NCBI GenBank assembly: GCA_020348445.1
Contig: CP070751.1
Span: forward strand, 2,047,948 to 2,111,947
Direction: 5' to 3'
Origin: Thermoplasmata archaeon
GTDB lineage: Archaea > Thermoplasmatota > Thermoplasmata > GCA-020350865
Length of the DNA stretch: 64,000 nt
The notes beneath the pieces are model-generated. The model was not told where the DNA came from and did no database searches. It worked only from the letters and a program-made list of their open reading frames with translations. The translations under genes and the position numbers were made by a program. Below, piece by piece: positions 9,968-18,600 of this stretch; within the stretch, counting starts at the first letter, position 1, and each line of letters starts with the position of its first letter.

Positions 9968-12900
9968 TTATGGCTCTTTATCCTCTTTCTCATCTTCAAT
10001 ATCTTCAGGGCTTTTTTCTTCTTCTGTGTTTTTATTTTCGGTTTGTCTTTTCTTCCTCATGAATAAAAAGATAATTACTAGAAATAAAAGAATAATTCCC
10101 AAAATCACAATCCAAATCCATATGGGAATAGGAGGTTGAGACTCATCCTTCTTCCAGACCTTTGGATCCAAAGGATCAATATCCTCATCATCATTGTGAC
10201 CGTCATTATCATCATCGGGATCTGCATTGTTGCCTATCCCGTCACCGTCTGTATCTACCCATTCAGATGAATTCAATGGAAAATCGTCATCTTCATCCAA
10301 ATAACCATCATTGTCATCGTCCCAATCCTTATAATCAGGAATTGTATCATTGTCAGTATCCAACCTTGGAGTTTCATTTATTTCATTTGAACCAGGACCC
10401 TCGCCAACTGCATTTACAGCCCTTACTTTATAGTAATATGTAACATCATTTGTAACGTTTGAATCCCTGTAAAATAGAGAATCGTCTATCTCAACCAGTA
10501 AACCCTCCTCGCCTTTTTCTGTGCTGCGATAAATTCTGTAATTTGAAATCGAAGAACCACCATATGAATCGGGGATGTTCCAATATATTGTCACCAAAGA
10601 ATCCCCTGATCTTGAAGTTAGTTCTATGGGCGCAGTGGGTACTTTTGGTGTCGTGGCACTTGCCTTATTTGATTTTTGTCCTTCCCCAAGAGCATTTACC
10701 GCGCTTACTTCATAATAATATGAAACTCCATCACTCACATTCAAATCATTGTAGTACAATAGCTTGCTTCCTACCTCTGCAATCAAGGACTTTGCACTCG
10801 GGGTACTCCCTCTATAGATTCGATAATTTGTAATTGGAGATCCGCCATCCGAAAATGGAGCTTCCCATGTTATGTTGATACGTGATACATGGGAAAAGGC
10901 GGGCCATAAAAGAGGTGCACCAGGAACTGATAATGGGGTGGCCCTTGCCCCCTCTGAAAGGGGACCTTCTCCTACTTCATTTACAGCAGAAACTTTGTAA
11001 TAATAAGTGACACCATTGGATACATCTGTATCGTTGAAAAGCAAGAAATTATCGATTTCCTGATAAAAGGTCTCATCACCAGAAGTGGTTCCTTTGTAAA
11101 TTCTGTAGTTTATTATTGATGAGCCACCATCTGATTCAGGGACTTCCCAGGTAAGGTTTACATAAGAATCACCTGATGATGCCTGAAGATTCTGTGGTAC
11201 CGTGGGTATTGTAATAGCATCGACTACGAAGCTCCAAGACACAGTTGCCTCATTACCCCAAATATCCTCAACTGAAAGAAAAACAGTGTGTGATTCATCA
11301 TCCAAAGGAGAATCAGGGATATATGAAATATTATAGGCTGTAATATCAGCAAAAGAGGTTACATTTATCCCATCAACCTCTAGTAGAACAGTGGATGTGT
11401 TGATCCCTGAGATATCGGTATAATTTGCTCTAATTTCAGGTACACTTAAGTTAATAATGGAAGCATCAGAAGGTTGGAGATTCGTAATCAAAGGAGGGAT
11501 TTCTTCCCTATATTTAGTAAGTGGATAATTGTCCTGGCTGTCAGAATCGATAATATATGGGTTCCTTCCACCACCTAAGCCAGATCCGTTGTCCACTATA
11601 TCGTCACTTCCTAAAATGTCCTGATTTGGTCCTTGATAATCGTCATATGCCCCTTCATCTGGTTTGTTAAAATCTGACCAGAAGTTGCCGCCTGAAGGAT
11701 AGGTATCATTCCAGTAATTGAAATTCGTGTCATCCCGTGCTTGATTTGTATTATCTATTATATGGTTGTGATAAATCCAATTACCTGACGATGAGGCCAG
11801 ATTTATGCCACAATCACTGTTGGATTGAATATAGTTACCTGTTACGTTGTTATCCATGGAAGAAATAAGAAAGATACCATTTTGACCGTTTGAGAAAACG
11901 GTGTTATTTATTATATTATTTACATTTGTATTGATAGAGAGACTGATACCATTATCGGCGTTTGAGAATACCGTATTGTTTGAAATGTCATTACCATCGG
12001 TGTACTTTAAAAGGATACCGTTTTGGTTGTTTGAGACAATGTTGTCTGTTACATTGTTTTCGTCTTCCCCCCACACACGAATACCAATTTCAATGTTTGA
12101 GGATGCATTATTGTCCGTTACAATGTTCTTGCTTGAATACCAAATAGTGATTCCATCCTGATCATTGAAGGTTGCTATGTTTTCTGTTACAATATTAAAG
12201 GTTGAACTATAGAGATATATTCCATATTCGCCATTATAGGATACATTATTGCCTTTGATTGCATTTTCATTAGAATAATAGAGAGATATGCCAAACAAGT
12301 TATTTGTGACATTGTTAATCTCAATGGTAGTATTGGATGATGAAAGAAGGTAGACGCCACAGCCTAAATTATTAAATATTGTATTATCGGTTATTGAGTT
12401 GTTAGATGAAGATGAGACGTTGACTCCATCAAAATTATTGGATATTATGTTCTTGTCAATTGTGTTATTAGTTGATGTCAGTGTGAGATAGATACCATGT
12501 CTTCCATTAGAGGATATATTGTTGTCCATTATTGTATTGTTCTTGGATGATGAGTGGAGTCTGATGCCCTCCCAGTCATTCAATTGGATCGTATTATCTG
12601 TTATTGTATTGTTGAAGGCCAAACCCAGGTGAATCCCGTATTCATTGTTTATGACAATGTTGCGTTCTATTGTGTTATTTTTTGATGATGCAGTAAGATA
12701 GATGCCATGATTATTATTAGATATGCTATTGTCTCTTAGAGTAACATTTATTCCTGTGTAAAGATAGACACCATTTCCTCCGTTATCTGATATATAATTG
12801 TGAGTTACATTGTTAAAAGACAACTTAGAAAGATATATTCCATTAACCGAATTATTCCATATTATATTATCTATTATTGTATTATTATCTGATGATTCCC

Positions 12901-13417
12901 TGATATGGATACCATATTCGTTTTGAGAGAAATTATTGTTTGATATGAAATTGTTGTAAGATGATTTAATATATAATCCTTCATCGATGTTGGAGTGTAC
13001 AATATTACTCATTATCGTATTATTCGATACCGAGTCTATATAGATGCCATAATCTCCGTTTGTGATGGTAAAACCAGTAATATTTACCCAATCAGATGTC
13101 ACGGTGATTACATCACCACTTGCTCCTCCATCTATTATAGTGGTCTTGTTATCCTGACCTGTAAGATTAATGGTAATGTCCACAACCACATTCTCGATGT
13201 AGATACCAGAATGTACAAAAACAGTATAACCGACACCGGCCATACCTATACCGCCGTTTATGGTGGTTGAATCATTTCCAACACCGGAACCAACATAAAT
13301 GATATTCTCCCCCCTCACAACATGTGATTTGAGTATGAAGAACCCAAACAATGTTCCTGCAACTAATAAAAACGGGATTAGAAATGACATCAGCTTTTTT
13401 TTCATGCTAACACTCAT
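9968..13417 (-). CDS. Membrane-anchored surface protein: long NosD/CASH beta-helix, Ig-like domain, 3 FN3, thrombospondin-type-3-like Ca-binding repeats, TM, charged tail
   Basis: Signal peptide; many S.NNTI..N.I..N..GI.L coils; NYWNDTYPSGGNFWSD; PTVPQNL..LTW..P.SDGGS.I.NYRIYRG units; DTDNDTIPD/DTDGDGIGNNAD; IWIWIVILGIILLFLVIIFLF then RKKR. Confidence 0.88.
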   Translation of the reverse strand: MSVSMKKKLMSFLIPFLLVAGTLFGFFILKSHVVRGENIIYVGSGVGNDSTTINGGIGMAGVGYTVFVHSGIYIENVVVDITINLTGQDNKTTIIDGGASGDVITVTSDWVNITGFTITNGDYGIYIDSVSNNTIMSNIVHSNIDEGLYIKSSYNNFISNNNFSQNEYGIHIRESSDNNTIIDNIIWNNSVNGIYLSKLSFNNVTHNYISDNGGNGVYLYTGINVTLRDNSISNNNHGIYLTASSKNNTIERNIVINNEYGIHLGLAFNNTITDNTIQLNDWEGIRLHSSSKNNTIMDNNISSNGRHGIYLTLTSTNNTIDKNIISNNFDGVNVSSSSNNSITDNTIFNNLGCGVYLLSSSNTTIEINNVTNNLFGISLYYSNENAIKGNNVSYNGEYGIYLYSSTFNIVTENIATFNDQDGITIWYSSKNIVTDNNASSNIEIGIRVWGEDENNVTDNIVSNNQNGILLKYTDGNDISNNTVFSNADNGISLSINTNVNNIINNTVFSNGQNGIFLISSMDNNVTGNYIQSNSDCGINLASSSGNWIYHNHIIDNTNQARDDTNFNYWNDTYPSGGNFWSDFNKPDEGAYDDYQGPNQDILGSDDIVDNGSGLGGGRNPYIIDSDSQDNYPLTKYREEIPPLITNLQPSDASIINLSVPEIRANYTDISGINTSTVLLEVDGINVTSFADITAYNISYIPDSPLDDESHTVFLSVEDIWGNEATVSWSFVVDAITIPTVPQNLQASSGDSYVNLTWEVPESDGGSSIINYRIYKGTTSGDETFYQEIDNFLLFNDTDVSNGVTYYYKVSAVNEVGEGPLSEGARATPLSVPGAPLLWPAFSHVSRINITWEAPFSDGGSPITNYRIYRGSTPSAKSLIAEVGSKLLYYNDLNVSDGVSYYYEVSAVNALGEGQKSNKASATTPKVPTAPIELTSRSGDSLVTIYWNIPDSYGGSSISNYRIYRSTEKGEEGLLVEIDDSLFYRDSNVTNDVTYYYKVRAVNAVGEGPGSNEINETPRLDTDNDTIPDYKDWDDDNDGYLDEDDDFPLNSSEWVDTDGDGIGNNADPDDDNDGHNDDEDIDPLDPKVWKKDESQPPIPIWIWIVILGIILLFLVIIFLFMRKKRQTENKNTEEEKSPEDIEDEKEDKEP

Positions 13418-13600
13418 TTTATATTAAACTGCACAATCATTTTCCTCTGTTCATATATTCTTCCGTATTTTTACTTTGTGTTTTAAATATCAAAGGTCCC
13501 AAGAGATATTAGAATTCTATCGTGGGATATAAATCCCCAAGGCAAAATCACCACAATCTTAATATAACATAGACTTTATTTTAGAGCATTTAAAATAACA

Positions 13601-13972
13601 TTGGAGTGGGAAAAAATGCAAGAAAAGGAGGACCTATTGTTCTATGCAGGTTACGGACTTTCCATAGTAATGCTCGGCCTAATGAGCCTCCTCTATTCGA
13701 TAGGATTCATTGATGGGTGGGCCGCATTTGGTATGTGGCTTTTGGCCACGAGCTTAATTTTAGTGGGATTGGGAATGGTTAGAACAGAATCTGCCCCCCA
13801 TGGCTCAAGAGCCCTCATGGGCTTTGGATTCCTGCTTACCATAATCTCTATTGCGATTTTGGGTATTATCTTGAAGATGGTGACCCCGACAACAGCCTTT
13901 GCCTTGCTGATATTACTGGCAGGCTTGGGCATTCTGGCTTTGGGTTTAAGCAGAGCAAGGAGTGCATCATGA
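13601..13972 (+). CDS. Small four-TM membrane protein, unknown function (start TTG 13601 or ATG 13616)
   Basis: Four hydrophobic segments; first gene of a co-oriented trio with short spacing. Confidence 0.75.
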   Translation: MEWEKMQEKEDLLFYAGYGLSIVMLGLMSLLYSIGFIDGWAAFGMWLLATSLILVGLGMVRTESAPHGSRALMGFGFLLTIISIAILGIILKMVTPTTAFALLILLAGLGILALGLSRARSAS

Positions 13973-13999
13973 GCAAATAAATTAAAAGAAGGGTTTGAT

Positions 14000-14530
14000 A
14001 TGGTTGATTTAAGGGAGAGGGTAAAAGAGGACAGAGGTCTTTTGAAGAAGCTGGAGCTGGCTATCCCGGGTTTTAGAGGCTACAGAAAAAGAGAGGATCT
14101 GAGAATAGCAGACAGCCTTCTTAGAACGCAGCTGGCAAACAACCTGGGTAAAGTCAGGGAGAAAATAGAGCTCGCAAGACAAGATTTAACAAAAAAAATG
14201 GAGATGGACCTTATTGACAACATGGCGCAATTAATGAACAACATCACATCCACGGAAAACAGGGTAAGACATGCAGAGCAGGGATACTCTGGAGTTTCCG
14301 CAGATTTCAATGTAAGAGAGGATGAACTCGATAAGATATATGAATGGGATTTGAATCTTCTATCTGATATTGAGAATTTATCAAATAGTGCAAGCTCGTT
14401 ACAGGCTACAATTAGCACAGGCAGCACATCTGAGATAGACCAAAAAATAATCGAAGTTGAAAACGAGATACGAGAATTCAATTCTCTTTTTGACAAACGA
14501 ATTCAGACCATAGCAAACTTAGGAGTCTGA
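14000..14530 (+). CDS. Conserved alpha-helical protein of unknown function (IPGF.GY motif)
   Basis: LELAIPGFRGYRKREDLRIADSLLR, then amphipathic heptads; 27 nt downstream of the previous gene. Confidence 0.75.
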   Translation: MVDLRERVKEDRGLLKKLELAIPGFRGYRKREDLRIADSLLRTQLANNLGKVREKIELARQDLTKKMEMDLIDNMAQLMNNITSTENRVRHAEQGYSGVSADFNVREDELDKIYEWDLNLLSDIENLSNSASSLQATISTGSTSEIDQKIIEVENEIREFNSLFDKRIQTIANLGV

Positions 14531-14570
14531 GGTTAAAAAACCTTGAATATTTAAAAACGGAGGAATATGT

Positions 14571-15683
14571 ATGTCATTGGTTGGTGCTGATACATTCAAT
14601 TGGGAGGACAGATACAAGGGCGAGAACGTGATGTATCGTGTCCCAAAGAACATAAGATGGAACGATAATGTCGTGGTTAGGGAGGACGAGTACGGAGTCT
14701 TCTTTCGAGATGGGAAGGTCATGCACGTCTTCGACAGACCCGGTAGATTCGCAATGACCACGTTGAATGTCCCAGTTTTGGCGCGGCTTGCCAAGGCTGT
14801 AACAGGAATTGAACAGCTGGGTGAGATCTACTACCTTCAAAGAAGGGAGTTGAGAGGCAAGTTCGGAACTGCAGAACCCCTGGTATTCAGGGATAAGGAT
14901 TTTGGAATGGTGAGGTTGAGAATGTTCGGCCAGTTCTCCTATAAAATTGTCGAACCCACGCTTTTTATGACACAGTTTGTTGGAACAAAGGGATGGTCCC
15001 GCAGTGAGGAGGTTATAAACTGGATGCGGGATCAGATCGTGATGTCTTTAAATGACGCTCTTGGAGAGCTGAAACGTGATAAAGGTATGGGAGCAGCCGA
15101 CATGCCTGCATATCTTGAGGAAATCGAGCAGGTGCTCCTTGTCAAGGTTGATGACGATGTCTCAAGATACGGGGTTAAGATCATGAAGCTCACAGGCCTG
15201 AATATCAATCTGCCCGAAGAGGTTCAAAAGGCCGTTGATATGAGAGGTGCAATGGGTGTTTTAGGCACCGATTACATGAGATACCAGGCTGGTAAGGCAA
15301 TGGTTGAAGCCGCAGAAGGTGGCGGTGGTGGGGGTGGAGCAGGTGACACAGCTGCAGCCGGAATGGGTCTTGGGGTGGGTGCAGGTTTAGGGATGATGAT
15401 GCCACAGATGATGCAGCAGGGAGACCAGGGTGCACCTGCAACCACAATCCCATGTCCCAAGTGCAACACCGCAATTCCTCCAAATACAAAATTCTGCCCC
15501 AACTGCGGTGAAAAAATAGGTGGCGGGGTTTCCTGCCCCAAGTGCAAGGCTGTAATACCACCAAATACAAAATTCTGCCCCGAATGTGGTACCAGCATGC
15601 AGGCTTCATGCCCGAAATGCAACGCTGATATTCCCCCGAATACAAAGTTCTGTCCTGAATGCGGGGAGAAGATCGGGGAATAA
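14571..15683 (+). CDS. SPFH/band-7 domain protein (YdjI-like) with C-terminal zinc-ribbon repeats
   Basis: VVVREDEYGVFFRDGK, GRFAMTTLNVPVL, GKFGT.EP..FRDKDFG.VRLRMFGQFSY, Gly-rich GMG.G.GMMM linker, three CPKC...PPNTKFCP.CG units; SD GGAGG at 14559-14563. Confidence 0.9.
   Translation: MSLVGADTFNWEDRYKGENVMYRVPKNIRWNDNVVVREDEYGVFFRDGKVMHVFDRPGRFAMTTLNVPVLARLAKAVTGIEQLGEIYYLQRRELRGKFGTAEPLVFRDKDFGMVRLRMFGQFSYKIVEPTLFMTQFVGTKGWSRSEEVINWMRDQIVMSLNDALGELKRDKGMGAADMPAYLEEIEQVLLVKVDDDVSRYGVKIMKLTGLNINLPEEVQKAVDMRGAMGVLGTDYMRYQAGKAMVEAAEGGGGGGGAGDTAAAGMGLGVGAGLGMMMPQMMQQGDQGAPATTIPCPKCNTAIPPNTKFCPNCGEKIGGGVSCPKCKAVIPPNTKFCPECGTSMQASCPKCNADIPPNTKFCPECGEKIGE
15453..15680 (+). repeat. Three tandem zinc-ribbon coding repeats (81 and 75 nt spacing)
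   Basis: CPKC units begin at 15453, 15534 and 15609; each contains aatacaaa(a/g)ttctg. Confidence 0.85.
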
Positions 15684-15698
15684 AAACAATTTTTCTAA

Positions 15699-18600
15699 TT
15701 AACTTCCAATGAAGATGAATTTGGTTGCTTGCGTAGTGGAGACCTGAAATCCAAATCCCATCTCGATTACTGGATCATAGGCACCCCGGGGCATTCTTGT
15801 GGAATGCCATAACCAATCTCCAAGTGTAGGATCTAAATAGTTGATGCCAACCACATTTTCTATATTATCACAGAACCAGTCAGCAGTCTCATAGGCATCG
15901 GGTTTTAGAGGCAATGCCATTGTATCGTACTGAGACAGATATTGGGCATACCATATTCCTATGCTGTATGTACCTATACCTCGTTCACCAGTAGTCTGAT
16001 TATATGGGATGATCATGTAGTAAATCTCTGCTCCGGGTATAGCAATACCACTATCTACCTGAGTTATCCATTCACCTGGGCCATAGTTGTTTATTATTAT
16101 TTTAAGGTCGATATAATCATCATCCTCATCTCCCCAGAATCCATCTCTTTTATGTGAACGATAAACCCGAAATTCAAATTCTAATCTCGTATTTTTCGGT
16201 GTCATCCATGTAAGATATACATCACCATTATCATCTATAAAAATTGTCAGGTTCTGGGCATCACCGATTCTGGGTGTGGTGTCAAATCCAAAGGATACGT
16301 TGTCGTACATTATCATGGAACCCGGCATTCCACAGAACGTGTATTTTGTCTGAGAGGCAAAACCAACCTCAAATCCCCTTCCAACAGAAAGAATTGTATC
16401 GTTTATCTCACCTTCCCCGTGTTTCATCCAGGTACGGGTTGACGGGTCAATCCATTTGATGTACCTGGCGTTCATGTCATTCAAGTAGAAGTCCGCAGTT
16501 GGTATTTGGTTCTCCAAAGGTTCCAAAGGCAATGAAAATGATGAGATTCCAGCAGGAAAAGTCCTTGTGTATTTACCCACGGTTCTTGAGGTATAGCTTG
16601 TCTCACCGTTTTTAAACACTCCCCGAATCACATAATAATATTCTTTGGAGGCTAGAGTTGATGCAGCATTAGTGTCATTCCATGTGGTTCTCAATAAAAT
16701 GACCTGGCCATCCACAGGATCTGTTCCGTTGGCAAGGTTTCCAGATGTATCGACCCAGGGAGTTGTGAAATCGAACTCTGTTTGCGAAGTGGCGCAATAA
16801 ATAAGAAAATGAGAAAGATAAGAGAGCTTTGGATGTGTCCAGCTGAGAAGAATATCATCCCCAGTGCATTCTATGAATAGCTTGGGAGGATCATAACCCA
16901 GAACTTCCAGCACTTTAGATGCAATGTTATTTGTTTCATCAATTTCGATAAAGAAACCTGGGGAAGGATAATCCACTGCAACAAATATCCTAAACACTCC
17001 AATCTTTTGCGGAATCCAGGTTATGGAAACTGTATAATTATCCCCAATTAAAAGCAATGGAATTGTCAAATTTGGACAGATCAATCTCCCTCCAAGAAGA
17101 GGATCATCGTCATAAAATGATACCTTGACATTGGTTACATCCAAATCTCCTACATTGTGGATGGTGGCATTTATTTTGACAATGGAATCCCTAAAAACCT
17201 CGGAACCAGGATTAAAAGAGATATCATCTGTTGAAATTGCTAAATCCGGGTAACGCAGATTTTCTGGGGGATTGATCACCGATAAAAAGGAGCCGAAGGA
17301 TGGTCCATCGAAATCACCATTGAAGACTGTAACTGGTAAATTGGATTGCAGATGCAGTATATTTCCCCCCCAACCTCCCCATTCCCACCACCATGGACCG
17401 TTGCCCAAAAGGTCGTCGGCGTCTAGCGTGAAATCATAGAAATTATTACGGCCTGTACCAGGCCCCCAACTGTAGGTAAGGGAGGTGATCTTGACAACAG
17501 TGTGATTCTTATCATAAACAAATATCTGGAAGTCATTTGCCCCGCCATTCTGGGCATATGTGAAGACCTCCTGGCTGAATATACCCGTGGATACGGAGGG
17601 TGAAAGATCCGCAAACTCTTGCCTGTGGTCCGAGACAGGTCCTATATAGATTAAAACATCCTTGTCAGCCCTTATTTCCATATAGTCATCGTCGATTAAA
17701 TTGTTGGAATTATGAAATAATGTGACTCCAGGCCTTGCTATTATGGGATTCCCGTACTCGGAGTTGCTTCTTTGAGTGTATATGTCGAATCGATTCATGA
17801 GAAGAGTCATGGTGTCATCCCCATCACTGAGGTCGATTACATCCACAGTGGTGTTATCCTCCAGGGGAAGCACAGTCAAAGAATCAGAGGCAAAGACAAA
17901 GAATCGATTTCCCTTCTCAGTCCCGTTGACCGAGGGCGGAGTTGCCGTCCAGTCTAAACCACCAGATACCTTCCCAGCCAATACCGAGATTAGAATGTTG
18001 CTTTCTATTTTAACAATATCATCATCAAAACCTGTAAGTTTGTATATTTCAACATCCGCATTTAAGAAATCGGTATTCACATCTGTGAGGATCTGTGTGT
18101 CATCTCCATCTGACATATCTGTAATGGATATTGAAGTGGGGGGCTGAGATATAAGTGAAGGAACAAAGATGTACATTTCCTGTGCCACAAAACCATAGAA
18201 GATATTCCCGTACTTATTGCCCCCTGAAGTGGGGATATAGGACATCCAGGAATTTCCTCCCGAGGCATATAAGGAATCCCCTGAAAGAACGGTAACGTTG
18301 TGGGTGGCGTTGATATCCACATGGGCATTTGTAAGACTGGTTGTCCAGCTTCCCCCTTCATTTATACTGAACTGGGCGATCTGAATGCCATTGGAAAGGT
18401 CAGTAACCTTAATTTGTGTGTTATCCACATGACCTATCACCATGAGTGTGCCACGGACAAATGTGACATACCTGTTGGGACTCCTGTATTCCAATCCCAT
18501 GAGGGTGGTTGAGTTAAGCTGTGCGCAATCAGAAGCCATTGGATTGATATTTGATCTGGCAAATATTGTGGTGAACTCGGTGACACCCCCCGGCACCCCG

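Noticed and set aside
14574-15645. Minus-strand ORFs over the SPFH gene
   Set aside because: Antisense to a well-supported gene; Cys/Pro patterns mirror the zinc-ribbon repeats
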